Positions 26,801 through 39,645 of a DNA stretch of 64,000 nucleotides are shown here, piece after piece. The stretch is from Psammoneis japonica (Eukaryota): positions 62,001 through 126,000 of the forward strand of contig QPGO01000070.1 of assembly GCA_008632985.1 (NCBI GenBank), in the 5' to 3' direction. Numbering within the stretch: position 1 is the stretch's first letter; each line of letters starts with the position of its first letter. The translations under genes and the position numbers were made by a program. A model generated the notes under the pieces. That model was not told where the DNA came from and did not search any database. It saw only the letters and a program-made list of their open reading frames with translations.

Positions 26801-29800
26801 GCGTGATAACTGGATCATTGGAAGCTGCCATGCAGAAGGCTCCGTTGTCAAGAGAGCAATATCTTGTGAATTTGCGGAGCAACATTGGCTACAAAAGTGA
26901 TCAAGATCGCTCGAAGCGTCATCAAGTATTCACGGAATATGAGAAATACTACGAATGGAAGCGTGACTCAAATAAATTTGATATTGGCGATGTCGTTCTG
27001 AGGTTGCTGCAAGAAGAGTGGAGTCAGCGATTTTCATCAGGTGCGATTATATCATCAAGAGGCACCATGTTTTTGAAAGCTTTCTTATCATCTGACTCGT
27101 GTTCAAATCAATGCTTTTGTTATAGCATACTTGGATGAGATACAAGACTTGTCGTACGCATCAATTTACTTGCTCTGTAAATTGGCTGGAAAGGACGACC
27201 TTCGGTGGGTATGTGCCGGTGATCCCGCCCAGATGATCTCACCTGGATGTTCTTTCACTTTTGATGGACTGAAACAGACTCTTCTAGCTGTACAGAACGG
27301 AATCGAATCCCGCCTATCACAGGTGGCGCACTTCTTGGTCAACTATCGAACATCAAAGGATATCCTTCTTCTAGCAAACCAAGTGCTTGCAGTTGCTCGC
27401 CGGGAATTTCCTGGAGCGATTCCCTTTGCTCGAAAGGAGGTGGCCAAGAAGGATCTGGGGCTTAAAGTAGTTCTATGCGACTGGAACACAGCCTTGAAGC
27501 AAGATGTGAAGCTAGGCACAAATCAAGCAATTGTGTATTCATCGAATGCTCCCGAGGATCTTGAAGCGACCCTTACGAACTGGGTCGGCAACCACCCATT
27601 CATTGTCTCTTCTATTCAGTCCAAAGGACTAGAATTTGACGATGTAATCGTGGTTTTCGATCACGACCGTAAGACGTGGAATGTTGCCGGTAAGCGCGAA
27701 GCTTCACTTCGAATGCTTCGTGAGCTGTATGTCGCAGTCACGCGTGCTCAACAACGTGTAGTCATCCTTGTGAAGAAGGCTGTTCCTGAAATGCGCAGAT
27801 TCTATGAGGAATTAGAATGCGAATTTCTTGTGGAAGGTGCAGAACTTGTTCTGAGAGACTTCCACACCGTTTCATCCTCTGACGATTGGTTGAAGCGGGC
27901 TAATGATTTCTTCAATAATAAAGAATTTCAGATGGCAGCTCGGTGCTACGACATTGCTGGGGACCAAGGATGGTGTCACTGGGCATCCGGCAAGTATTGG
28001 GAAGCAAAAGGTGCAGACGTTCAAGCTGCAGATCAGTATCTTATTGCTCTAGAGAAGTTCGCGGAGAGAAAAGAATATGAGCTTGTCTTGGACATTAGCG
28101 TGGCTCTTGCAGCACCATCCATTGCATCAAAAGTGGGATGGGACAAGAGCAAAGACGGTGCTATCGAGGAAGCTATTGCCCGCCGCCCAGACCATCTCAA
28201 AAAGTTTGACCTGGTGCGCCTTTCTTTGCTCCGCGACGCGTGGGACAATATTTCTACCGAAGAGCTGAAGGACTCGTCCCTTGCGAACCTCTTTGTCGTT
28301 TATAGGAAACACCCGCCACTAAAGAGGATCATCCTCGATGCCAGTGCCATTGATAGAAAGGCAATCGAAAGCGTTCTACCTCTTGTTGTTGGGGATTTTT
28401 ACTTGGACAGATTAGCCTATGCGGAAGCTGTTCGTGTCTTTCTTTCATGTAACAGCGTCCCAGAAGCCACGAATGCAACACACGTCGCTGTGCGTGACGC
28501 CCGAGCTGGAAAAAGGCAAGAAGAGCTCCCCAGGGTTGTGGAATGCTGGACGGGAAGCTCAAAAGAATCTAGTGACCCAGTCGTGTCACATTTGATCGGT
28601 CTCTTTCAGTCGCCATTGAGAGCAGCGGAGACCCACGGCAAAGACTGCCTTCATTACGTGGGATGCCCTGTTGTAATTTTTGCAGTGGACACTATTCTTC
28701 AGGATCGCACGTTCCTACATGAATTCAGTCAGGATGCATTTCGGCTTCAGGTTACGGAGGCTCTTGCTACTCGGTACAAGGAAGATCATGTCAACGTTGT
28801 TCGGTGGTTTCTCGAGAAAGAAGACGTGGAATCTGCACTCGCTTTCGTGCACAAGAGGCTCAGGCAATGGACAGATCACGAGTTCTTGCGTGTCGTCGAA
28901 ATTGTTGGTACGAGACCCAAATGGCTTTTCGATGAGATTGGGAGGAGGAGGCTTGTTGCGAAGTCGGTTTTAGTGGTGCTTGGTTCCTCCCAGCTACAAC
29001 CTAGTGACATGTTTGCCTTTATCAAGAGCCTCTCGGCAAATTGCCACGAGTTTCAACTTGATGAGGAAGAACAAGGTCATTTGTATGTCTCAATCGCGTG
29101 GGCCTTGAACGAAGCTGCATCCGAAATTGCAGGTAAAAAGAAGAACCAATCAAAGGCGTCGAAGAAGAAAGGGAAGAATGCGAATCATTCGGAGGTGTTG
29201 TCGAGCAGCCTGCTTACTCTTTGGCCTGAAGAGAGTGAAACCAGTAACAAAGCGGACGCCGAAGGCAAATTCGTTGTTTCAGAGTCTCTCTGCAAAAATC
29301 TATTGGTGTTGGCTTATGGAACTTGCAACGGAAAAAAGGCGCTGGTGCAGTCCTTAGGAGAGAATAAAATGGCAACAAAAGCATGTACAGAGATCCTCGG
29401 TTTGGCATTTAACCAAAAGATGAGTTCTACGGCTATCGAGGTAACACGGACTGCGTTTCGATCCAAGGATTTGGGCGTCAAGCAGCTATGGGATATTTTG
29501 AGCACTTGGTCGCATTTGGCATGCATTGAAGACGCTCTTGCAATCATGAGTCAAGTGCTGGAGTCGAAAAAGACAACGATGAAGCAACGAAAAGGCATCA
29601 TCAATCTCATGCCGAAAGTTGTTCACTTTAGCTTGAGTCGAGATGGAGGTGACATAGGAACGACTTTCTCGACAACATGCAGTGTCGCTAGACTGAAATT
29701 GACGGACGCAACAGGTATCTTTAATATTTTGACGTCATGGGATAAGTGGGCCAGCGATGAGGCCGGTGAGGGTGGCATGTTCCCGACTGCAGAGGCGGTT

Positions 29801-30463
29801 GTGTCATTTTTGCTCATTCTTGTCGCAAACAAGTCAGACGTTGGCCTATTAGAACATGATGATGAAGACGACCACTCTCTGTTGCTTTCATCGTATGGTG
29901 GCTCGATTTTTACGTGGACAAGACGGCTTATGAGTCTAAAGCGTCACGAAGAAGTCTTGAACGAGGCATTCTTCGTTTCCGCAATTGATCATCAGAAAAA
30001 GTTCGACACAATGATTAGATTGAAAGGCGCGTCCATCGACAGACGCGTGATCAAGAATGATGCGCAAAGTATTAAGAAACATAAAAGAGCAGGCGAAAGG
30101 AGGCCGCCAGCGGCACGGAACCAAAACGACGGCAGCGCTATGATTGGCTCGACAGGCAAGCCATTTGACAAACAAGTCAACAAGGACAACACGAAAAGGA
30201 GGAATGGGCCAATTACAAATCAGGACATATTGGCAGTTGCTGGCGAAAGTAGTAGGCCGGACGACACGTTGCAATTAGTTTCGTCGAAGGCTGCGTCAAC
30301 GAATCCGTCATCAAATCTCAAGCAAATGCCGCAACTCACGAGCACGCCGGATAATGTTGATTTTTTGACACTCCAGGAAAAGAAGGCTCCACAACCACAG
30401 ACAACTACAAATTCGAAGAAGAAACGAAAGAACAACAAAAAGAAAAGGCGGGGCAAAAAGTGA
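23839..30463 (+). CDS. ~2180-aa double SF1 helicase (Upf1/SEN1-like plus UvrD-like) with TPR-like region, TRANK1-like; exons 23839-27040 and 27126-30463
   Basis: Helicase 1: QGPPGCGKT, DEAGQ, GDPKQL, QYRMHP, VDSFQGQE, RLNVALTRAK. Helicase 2: ESRSGTGKT, spliced AYLDEIQD, AGDPAQMI, NYRTS, SKGLEFDDV, ELYVAVTRA. An 85-nt GT-AG intron joins the two ORFs in frame. Basic C-terminal tail. Confidence 0.92.
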
Positions 30464-30779
30464 TTTGCACCGTGGAAACGATCGATTGCTGGTTTCGTTC
30501 ATAACAGTACTTTAAGATCCTTGGAACTAACCCATTTCTACTATAGGCATCCACGACAAAACTTCCGGTTGCTCGTTGTCTCTCGTCTCTCTGGGAATGT
30601 TTACTGTCTGTTCGAGAGAAGCAGTTTCTGCAAGTGCTATAGCTAGAGGCTTCAGTTCGAGTGGTACAACATTTATGTGTTCTGAACATAAGCTGTGCTT
30701 CCTCTCTGGAGAGCATGGCAAGCGTCACACGCTGGAAATGCAAAGGTGTGAAATTGTTTGAGTGGAACTAGGATTCTAC

Positions 30780-33000
30780 TCTCTGGCACAATCTACAGTG
30801 TGCAAGCAGAGCCCATGTGTCTTTGGCCTCCTGGCCACTGTGGCCCAGTGGACTGGAGTGCCACACAGTGCTCCACCAGCAAGTCTGATGCTTCCACTGG
30901 TGTGAATGAACTCTGCTGCAACCCCTTGATTCATGGGAGAATTGCCTCAATTGCTCAACTGGTCACAAAGGCTCAATTGTGCACAAAACACAGTCCACAG
31001 ATGATGGTGAAGCAATGACACACCATCTGCTGTGCAGCTCCACTGGATTGCCCTGAGTTGTCACATGCACAAGCATCTCAAGGATCACCTGGAGGAACAC
31101 CCCACTCAAAATGTGAGCTAATCTCCTGAAGCCACAGTGACACAGCAGAGCATTCACACTCTTCAAAGGAATTTGTGGCAGGGCAACAAATCCCATGCTT
31201 TTTTGTGTGTGGGATGGCTTGTTCTGTGCAAGCAAGACACTCATGTCAGCAGCAACAGGGGAGAAATGACACATCTTCTCCAGAATGGCTGTGTGCACTG
31301 AAAACCCCAACACAGATTTCAACATGGGGTGCTGCATTGTTTGGGAGTGCACAGATCAACCACATCTTTCTCCTGCTGTGTCAGCAAAAACTGCAGAGCA
31401 GCAGCTGAATTGTGCCTCCTGTCAGCAGAGGTGCCATGACAGGAGTGAGTGGGGCATCTGAACACCATCCTTGGAACCTCGACATCTCCACTGGCGCCAT
31501 TTCTGTGCAGTGATCAACAGCTCCAGCTCCTTTTTCAGCATGTGCTCGTGATGGGAAGCTTCTTCAGATGAAGTGATGGCATCTCTGAGTGGCCACATGT
31601 TGGAAAGCAGCAGTGGCAACAAAATGCCCAAAGGAAGCATTTGTCAAACCAATGAACTTTTCCCTCCTCACCTCAGCCACACCAGAAACTTGTTTGTGGA
31701 CATCTGCCAAGGGGTGCGCCATTTCCTCTCTGACCACAGTTCCAACCAGGCCTCAGAAACTCATCACACTTCCAGGTGTGTTGTGTCATCATTGCTGTGA
31801 GTTGGTCCATGTGCCACTGAGCCAGCTGCTGCTGTGGCTTGATCTGACTGAAAGACTTGATCAAGCAACCCGCCCATCTGTGTCTTCCAGTCCCTGCATC
31901 TGACTCTCGTCCACCAAAAAGCCCAAGCTGGTGAGCTCTAAGATCTTGACCTTTTCAGGGTGAGCAAGCTTTGCTCTTGCCTCTCGTGTGCTTCTTGTTT
32001 TTTCCAAGCCATCTTATCAATGCAAAAATGCCCTTTGTTGCAGCTGACATCACATGGAGCCTTGGGGTCCAAGTTTGAGGCAAACACTGAGCCATGAGTC
32101 CTCAAACAGGTGAGGTCCCCTCTGCACCATTTTGCATCCTGCAAGAGCAGCTGATGTGGCAAGTGGCTGTCACAGCCCCCCCTCACAACCACCATTGACA
32201 ATGTCTTGAACCCACAAGTGCAAAGCTGCATGTTGGGTCATCTCCTGAACCAAATGTCACACACAAGAAACGTGACTTGACCAAGAGATCTTGCTGTTGT
32301 CAGCAACAGATGTGCCCAACTCACCAAGGAAGCTCTTGGGTGTTGAAGCCCCAGTTTGCCAGGGCTGTGCACACCCTTTCCTTTGCTTTTGATCAACACA
32401 GCTCCCTGTGTGCATCCACCAAGCAAGCCAAAAAATCCAGCACAATCTGCTGGCTGATGCCTTTGCTGATGAGACGGTGTTTCTGCAGCCAATGGGAGAG
32501 CACACAATGCGCTCAATTGTTGCAGAGATTCTTGTTGACACTGCTGGAGTGAGGCTGCAAAAAAGCACAAAAACAATGGCTGACAAGCAACAATGTTCTG
32601 CTTGACCATCTTGAAATCCAACATCATGTGCACTCTTGAAAAGTCTGTTGGGGGGCTCTGCACATTGATGTGTGTTTGTGTGATTCACTTGACTCTCATT
32701 TGTCACCATCTGAACCTGGGCATGTGGACACAGCATGGGGGCTTGTGTGCACTGTGGGGAAATGTGCCACCCGTTCCCAGCACTCTCCACCCCTGCCTGC
32801 TGTGTGATTGTCTCTTTCTCCTGGTGGCACTGCCCCGCGGCCGAGCACCAGTGTGCACCACCACCAGGGAAAAGCAGTGCACTTTTGTGCAGGATGGTTC
32901 ATTTGCACAGGTGCTCCAACAACAGCCAGTTGTGTCACATTGGTTTTAGCTCGCTGCAGAATAGAGAGTGAGGGCATGCGACCAACTGCCAACAATGTTG
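30780..33000. other. TpA/CpG-depleted block 4
   Basis: Near-total loss of both dinucleotides; the ancestral sequence is not identifiable by eye. Confidence 0.9.
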
Positions 33001-33255
33001 TAGCACGGCACCCCGGTTCTTTCATGATCGCAATTCCGCATGTTGTCTGTTGGATCTTGGTTGGCGTGTTCTCGTGTCTCCCTTCGTCTTTTTGATGTCT
33101 GTCAGCATTTTGAAAGAACATACAATATTCAAGCTTTTATAATTATGAATGATATGATTTCATCAATACATGAGAGATCATTAAACCACAAAGATGGCGC
33201 GCAAAACAATCTTTCGGCGCAAGCCATCATCACTCGCACACACACATACAACGCC

Positions 33256-36200
33256 ATGGAGGGGCGTGGTTGTTGTTCTAGCATTGCCTCTTATTTTTGT
33301 TGTTCCACCACCATGCTGAGTCAAATTGCCAACAAGGTGAGACGAAGACACGATGCTCGTCGTCAGAAAAAACAGCGGCAAGAAACTGTGCAGAACAACG
33401 AGGAATTTACCGTAGTACTTGCGGCAATCCAAGGAGAAGAAGAAGAAAACGATCCGTCGCAACAACAACAACAACAACAACAACAAGAGTTGTTTCTAGA
33501 TGATGATGAAGAAAGCCAATTAACGCTGGATCAAGTCATGGATGGTGAAGACAAAGGAAACAGCTCGTTCTTTTTGGACGATGATTCAAACGAGGACTCG
33601 TCGTCGTTGGGCGATCAAACTACAGAATCATCATCATCGAGAATTCAACACGTATTGATTTCACCGCCTGAAAAAGAGATGTCGCGCCTTGACGAAAACG
33701 ACGACATGTGGAGTAGCACGAGCGAAGACGAAGGAACGGAAGATATGGAACCGCGAGGCTTGTTGGATCAGTTTGACTTGCATGAGTACAACAAAAGAAC
33801 GTCTGTGTTTCCTACAGTTGTGACGCAGAAACAGAGCATTGCAGTCGTATCACCAGAAGAATCAGCAAAGGCTGTAAAGCGCGAAGAAAAAAGCAATCAT
33901 GATACACAAAGCGCTCAGAGCGATTTCAAGGTTGATAACGAAACGGTTCCAGTAGTTGAAGACACGCAGACTTCTGCCGAGCATAGCGCGGTCCGAGAGG
34001 AAAGCAGCAACGAGAAGAAGCAGCCACTCGGCGTTTCAGAAACCTTGGAGTGTGTTCAAGACAATACAGCTACGACAACAACTGCTTCAGCACTCTTGTC
34101 TGGGTCGTGGGATGACTTTGGAATTGAAGTTCCATCCTTTGCTACAGAAAAGGCTACAAGTGAAACGGTACAGGCTCAGGAGACTACCGAGAAAGATTCA
34201 CTCTGCAGCAACGAGAACAAGCAGCCGCTTGGTGTTCTAAAAGCTTTGCAAGGAGAAAATATTCCGCCGGCAGCCGTACCCGAGGCACAAGACAAGCCAG
34301 CGACGCTTCCAAGTACGACGAGTACCCTTTCAGACAACAGTGATAAGGAGAATGCCTCTAGATCTTCTTCGCCTGCATTTCGGAATCTGAACGAATTACG
34401 GTCGAGTCCATCACCCGAACGTCGCTTGACGGCGGCCCGAGCCAAACTTCGATTGGACGATGCATTGGATTCCATGGAGCGCAACATTAAACAAGCTCAA
34501 GCCGCCTTGGACGAGGCCCGCCATAATCTAGCAGAAGCGGCTCGGGAATACGCTCTCCAATCCCAAGAAGAGTATCAGGCCCGCGTCATTTACGATGAAC
34601 GAGATGAAGCACAAGATGACTTTGTTCGGACGCACCTGATCCAATACTATGAGTACGCGGTGGAAAAGCAAGAGGAAGCCCGAGTGAAAAAAGAACAGTG
34701 CCACGCGGCTCTGGCGGATTGCAAGGTATCTTATGAACAAGTGGTACGCGATTCTATCAAGGCTATTGATGAAGCACGCGACGCCAAGATCCAGGCAGAT
34801 GCTCCAGTTGCCATGAAACAAGACCGTGAAAAGAAGCGTACGGCTCAGGACGTGAAGGAAAATGAAATTGAGAGTATTAACAATGACTCGCCAGCGGAGA
34901 TATCTCATGGGGCAAATTTGCCACCAGACACCAACGAAGCGCCGCCATCGCCTCTAGAGAAATATGTGGCGGTTGTGGGGGAATCAAAGTCACTGGAAAA
35001 GCCGCATGCTTTCGAGAAATCGCCCAAGCCACACGGTAATACCGAAATGAGCGCTCCAGTCACAAAAGCGCCGCAGTCTCTAGAGACAACCAGTGCTCTT
35101 GTTGATGAGAAGGTGACAAAATCTCCAGAAAAGTCGAATGCACAAGAAAGGGAGGCTGAATCTGTAGGGACTCCAAAGAAATCCAATGTCACCGAGGCTA
35201 AAAAGGTTGATCCGAACGAACCGCCCCTAGAGACTACTGACAACGTCGAATGTGAGGCTGAGGACGACTCTAGCAAAGGTCAAAGTTTGGAGACGCAGAA
35301 AGAGTGTAATGAAAAAGAGCCCGAGTCGCACGAGCACGACGACAGGGAATCTACCAAAGAAGAACCTAGCAACGACTCGGACTATGATGAGGGCTTGTAC
35401 GCAAACCAACTCTTGGAAGAACTGAACGAAATGCCGTCTCCTACAGTGAATGACTCGGTCGAATGCAGCGATTCGGACGACGACGAAGAGCATCCTCATC
35501 GCATGTTTGGAACCTTTAGTGCCAAGGAGTATCAAGAGCAAATGCTGGATTCGGCTGGAACGGATATTGACAGTGATGATGAGTCGTATTGTGTGTCACC
35601 TTGCAGCAGCAAAGACGACGACGAAGACAATGAGGAGCAAAAGCAAGAACTGATGAAAATGTTTGAAAACGATCAATTGCTCCACATGTCCATGGATGAA
35701 GCACAACAGTATCTCAAAAATATGGAACAAGCGCTTGTCGATCAGAGGGAACGTAAGATTGAAAAACAAGAGTTTGAAAGGACAACGACCGTCGTCACGG
35801 ACGATGACACTGTAGCAGCAGCATATTTAGAAGAGAAAAAAGACGAGGAAATTATCGAAGAGGAGGTGTCGCAGCACACGACAAGTACTGACGAGGAGTC
35901 GTCTACAACATTTTCAGCTGAAGAAGAAAAGGAGCTTGCCAAGGTGTTTGAGCACGACGGATTGCTAGAAATGTCTCCGGACGAGTATCTGAAAAAGATG
36001 GAGCAAGCCGCCAAGGACGGTATTGCGACGGGTCAAAATGCCTTTGTCAAGGCTGATAGCAATGAGAACGAGAAGGCTGATAGCAGTGAGGACGAGAAGG
36101 TCGAATTCTCTGAGGCTGATCAAGACGATAGTTTGCAAAATCAGGGATCAGATGAACTCCTTCGAGAGGATACGAGCGAGCCACAAGCGACGAAAGTTAA

Positions 36201-37113
36201 TGATGAAACTGGTGACTCTGCAGATTACCTAATTAATGCCTTCAAGGGTCACTACAAGGCAGCTCGAGTCTGTTCTGTTGCTTCGTTTGGCAAGAATCGG
36301 TTTTTGGCTGGATCGGAAAACGGAATTGTACAGTTGTTTGATGTGTCGACTGGTGAATACTGTGGTTTGTTTCAAGGACACTCGGATAGTGTATATTCGC
36401 TTACTCGACTGGATGACGAGCGCTTCATATCTGCATCGGACGATGAAACGGTTCGATTGTGGAATGTAGAGCACAACGAATGCCTTTGCACCTATAGTGG
36501 TCACAGCGATCGAGTAACGTCGGTGGCGTCCTTTGCACACGACGCTTTCGAGACGATTGCGTTGCGAGAGGATCGCTTTCTTTCTGGTTCTAACGATGCC
36601 ACGATTCGTTTGTGGAGCATTGCGAAACGAAAATGCATCAAACTGTACAACGCACAGGGTAGTGTAAAATCGCTTGCTGTCTTGAGCAATGGGCGGTTCT
36701 TGTCGGGTGCTGACGACGGCATGATTCGATTGTGGGTCTTGTCCATGGGCAGGCCCGTCAAAAAGTTTGCGCAGGCATCTGTTTTGTCCATTCATGTATT
36801 GGAGGATGGCAATCGATTCCTTTCCAGTTCTTTGGACAAGTCCATCAAGGTTTGGGATACAAAGGGCTCTCAAGAGGAAGCCGTTTTGGAGGGCCATGAA
36901 GCGGGCGTTTGGTCCGTTGCCCAATTAGACAATCGTCGCGTTGTGTCGGGGTCATCGGATGGAACAATTCGTGTGTGGGATTTGGAATCCGGAAAATGTG
37001 TGCAGTCCATGGAAAGCGGCTACGGAGTCGTGACCTCTGTAGCAGCCATGGGCAACGAAATCATTAGTGCGGGGGCGCTGGACGGCACCGTGTACATGTG
37101 GAGAACAAAGTAA
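33256..37113 (+). CDS. Large acidic low-complexity/coiled-coil protein with a C-terminal WD40 propeller
   Basis: Uninterrupted ORF; about 7 WD repeats (GHSDSVYSL...SASDDETVRLWN; GHEAGVWSV...SGSSDGTIRVWD); poly-Q from (CAA)n. Start codon uncertain. Confidence 0.88.
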   Translation: MEGRGCCSSIASYFCCSTTMLSQIANKVRRRHDARRQKKQRQETVQNNEEFTVVLAAIQGEEEENDPSQQQQQQQQQELFLDDDEESQLTLDQVMDGEDKGNSSFFLDDDSNEDSSSLGDQTTESSSSRIQHVLISPPEKEMSRLDENDDMWSSTSEDEGTEDMEPRGLLDQFDLHEYNKRTSVFPTVVTQKQSIAVVSPEESAKAVKREEKSNHDTQSAQSDFKVDNETVPVVEDTQTSAEHSAVREESSNEKKQPLGVSETLECVQDNTATTTTASALLSGSWDDFGIEVPSFATEKATSETVQAQETTEKDSLCSNENKQPLGVLKALQGENIPPAAVPEAQDKPATLPSTTSTLSDNSDKENASRSSSPAFRNLNELRSSPSPERRLTAARAKLRLDDALDSMERNIKQAQAALDEARHNLAEAAREYALQSQEEYQARVIYDERDEAQDDFVRTHLIQYYEYAVEKQEEARVKKEQCHAALADCKVSYEQVVRDSIKAIDEARDAKIQADAPVAMKQDREKKRTAQDVKENEIESINNDSPAEISHGANLPPDTNEAPPSPLEKYVAVVGESKSLEKPHAFEKSPKPHGNTEMSAPVTKAPQSLETTSALVDEKVTKSPEKSNAQEREAESVGTPKKSNVTEAKKVDPNEPPLETTDNVECEAEDDSSKGQSLETQKECNEKEPESHEHDDRESTKEEPSNDSDYDEGLYANQLLEELNEMPSPTVNDSVECSDSDDDEEHPHRMFGTFSAKEYQEQMLDSAGTDIDSDDESYCVSPCSSKDDDEDNEEQKQELMKMFENDQLLHMSMDEAQQYLKNMEQALVDQRERKIEKQEFERTTTVVTDDDTVAAAYLEEKKDEEIIEEEVSQHTTSTDEESSTTFSAEEEKELAKVFEHDGLLEMSPDEYLKKMEQAAKDGIATGQNAFVKADSNENEKADSSEDEKVEFSEADQDDSLQNQGSDELLREDTSEPQATKVNDETGDSADYLINAFKGHYKAARVCSVASFGKNRFLAGSENGIVQLFDVSTGEYCGLFQGHSDSVYSLTRLDDERFISASDDETVRLWNVEHNECLCTYSGHSDRVTSVASFAHDAFETIALREDRFLSGSNDATIRLWSIAKRKCIKLYNAQGSVKSLAVLSNGRFLSGADDGMIRLWVLSMGRPVKKFAQASVLSIHVLEDGNRFLSSSLDKSIKVWDTKGSQEEAVLEGHEAGVWSVAQLDNRRVVSGSSDGTIRVWDLESGKCVQSMESGYGVVTSVAAMGNEIISAGALDGTVYMWRTK

Positions 37114-38199
37114 CAAAAAGCAAACCTTAAATGAAAAAATATTCAAAAGCTGACCTCCATCGACAGATCTCAGAACAGTCCAGTGATTTCGTCTCAGTTT
37201 ACGAAACTACAGCTGCGGGTGGTGGGTGGTGACCGTCAATCACAATGTCAATGACATGAGTATTGATGTTCCTCACAAACCAGCTGCTGGCCATTGCCCC
37301 CCCTTACTAGAGAGACAGAAATGTAGCAGATATGAGCCATGCCAATCTGCTGCCAATTTCAACAATATCTTAAGAGTGTGTAGTGTGTAACCAGTGGGTG
37401 CTCTTCGTGGAATGTGAAGTAACTCTTCCCGGAGTTGGTAGCTATACAACACTTGAAAACTATAGAGTAGAGTGCGAGGGACTCATTCCAGAGACAAGCT
37501 CTGTAGGGCCAACTGCCGCATATGCCTATTCGTGCGTCAACTTTCCTCTAGAGTAGAACTTTGTATTACTTGGGCAATATTATAGTATGAGTCAGTCGGT
37601 ACAGGAATCCTGCCAATAAAAAGGGGGTTTGAAAATTTCCAGCATTGCTGCGGAGCGCAGACCCACAGCTGCATACTTGCTAAACCATGCCATTGCCATT
37701 CAGAGCATGCCTTTACCACCGATATGAATTCTTCGCCCGTGTTGGCAGAGCAGGACTGTGAGCAGCTCTTCTGGCTTTCTCTTTCTTGAGTGTACATTTG
37801 TGGACTACCCACTCTCATGATGACTTACATTTCGTGAATCGCAATCCACACTGCGACAATGGTGATCCTTGTCAACCACGGCGGCGGTTGTCCGCAGCTG
37901 GACCATCGGCAGCTCGTGGGTTTGCAATGTTTTCAGCATCTTCATCCATCGTCCGAGCCTCGATTTCGCCGGCCAGGGAATCTTCACCAGAACTCGACTC
38001 ACTGATGGGAACAGTTGAGCGCTTCCTGATTGAGTCGTGAATAGCGAATCATGACCGCGTCAATGTTGTCACCACCTATTTGAAAGGCATTCAATCGGCG
38101 AGCACGGTCGTTGTCGTGGTCTCCAACACCATCCAAGTCGAAAAGATAATCGACAGTGACACAGGAGAACCAAAAAGGTTTCCTTCGTTCGACTCTGCA

Positions 38200-39450
38200 C
38201 TTCGGCCCTGGCTGCTGTTGCTGCTGGCGTGACCTTGCTCCTTGCTTTGATCGCTGGTCCTCGTCTTCCCAATTCAAAGCCCCAAAGTGAACGTGCTTCG
38301 TGACAACAAATGACAGCGGCCTTTGGATCAGAAACTCCGTTTGGCGTTTGCGTTGTCTTGCCATTGTTTTGGGCTGACCGTGTCCCATGACACCGTGTGA
38401 TTCTCCTCTCTTGAGTCATCATGACTTCACGATTGCATCTGCAAGCAGCAGGCATCAGCAATTGCCTCCAATGATGTCATTGTTGGAGAACACCAGCTTC
38501 TTTTGCTGTCACAATCATTTGCAGCACAGACAAAACTTCGTGTCAGAAACACATGGTCTCAAATGCACCTTAGAACCATGCCTCCACATCACATTTTTCT
38601 CTGCCATGTGACAACAGCTCCTGGCCACACATGGGGGTTGTGGCAGGCTTGGTTGTTGTCAAGAGTGAAGAGAGCGCAACAATTTTGTGTTGCAAGCTGG
38701 AGCTGCTGAAACTCATCTTGTGGTGGAGGGCCGGTCAACCAAGTGACCAAGACCACAACAAAACACCACCAAAATGTGCCATGCACTTGTGGGCACAGCC
38801 CACATGTTGTGCACATCATCATCGCACCAGATGCCAGCAGAGGCCAAGGGTCGGCAACAAAAAACAACAGTGGAAAGTCAAGGCAGATTTTCTCTGTTTG
38901 CAGCAAAATGATGGCTGATTTGACAATTCTGGGATGGCACAGATCAGCCAATCAAGTCAAACCATGAGATCTAAAAAAGCCAAAAACACAGACAGGAGAG
39001 TGCAAAAACAGGAGCACACCACCACAAAATGGGAGAAAAATGGCGTTTTCTCAGCACACTCTGCTGCTGACATGTGCCTCAGGTTGCTGAAACTCTGACC
39101 TCACCCCATGCTGCTGATCATCTGTCAAGAACAACAAGGAGGGAACTCATGGCTGGCCTCATCATCTCTTGTCTGTCTGCACCACTCTGTCCTGCTTCAT
39201 GATGCTGCTGGTGTCCAAAAACCCTTTCTCCCCGGCAGCCTCTCCAGTTGTGCGTGGCACCACACCTCTCCATGTCATCATGGCTGCAAAGAGGGAAAGC
39301 TCACATGTGTCTCTGCTTGCCTTTTGTGGTGAGCTTGATTTTGCATGTGAAGAGAGCACTCGGAGTGCAGAGGGGAGGGGGGGCGTTGTGAAGGGCTTTG
39401 GAGCGTTGTTCGCCCCAACAAAAACTAACTCTTTCTCTCAGACATGAAGT
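38200..39450. other. TpA/CpG-depleted block 5
   Basis: Same signature, with CpG retained at the left margin. Confidence 0.85.
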
Positions 39451-39645
39451 GACCGCCTGAAAACGATAGCAAGAAATTTATTCTCTTATCCATTCATTAG
39501 TATAGGTATTTGAAATTATCCTTAATGTATGAAGTAAAATTTATCATGCCACGCTGGCACTGCTTTTTGGCATTGCATGTGTGTGAAATTCAAAAATCGA
39601 CCCGCCATCAAAACAACACAACAGCAAAACAAACAGCGTCTAACC

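Noticed and set aside
30780..33000. Possible decayed retrotransposon or transposase (also 53000-56100)
   Set aside because: No RT, integrase or DDE motif recognisable by eye; needs back-mutated homology searches.
33461..33486. (CAA)n tracts (also ~42738 and ~58718)
   Set aside because: Ordinary microsatellites or poly-Q; not CRISPR or telomeric repeats.
37790..38390. Minus-strand coding-like fragment (VTVDYLFDLDGVGD...)
   Set aside because: Short, interrupted and without a recognisable domain; it may be a gene remnant, but I cannot support a call.
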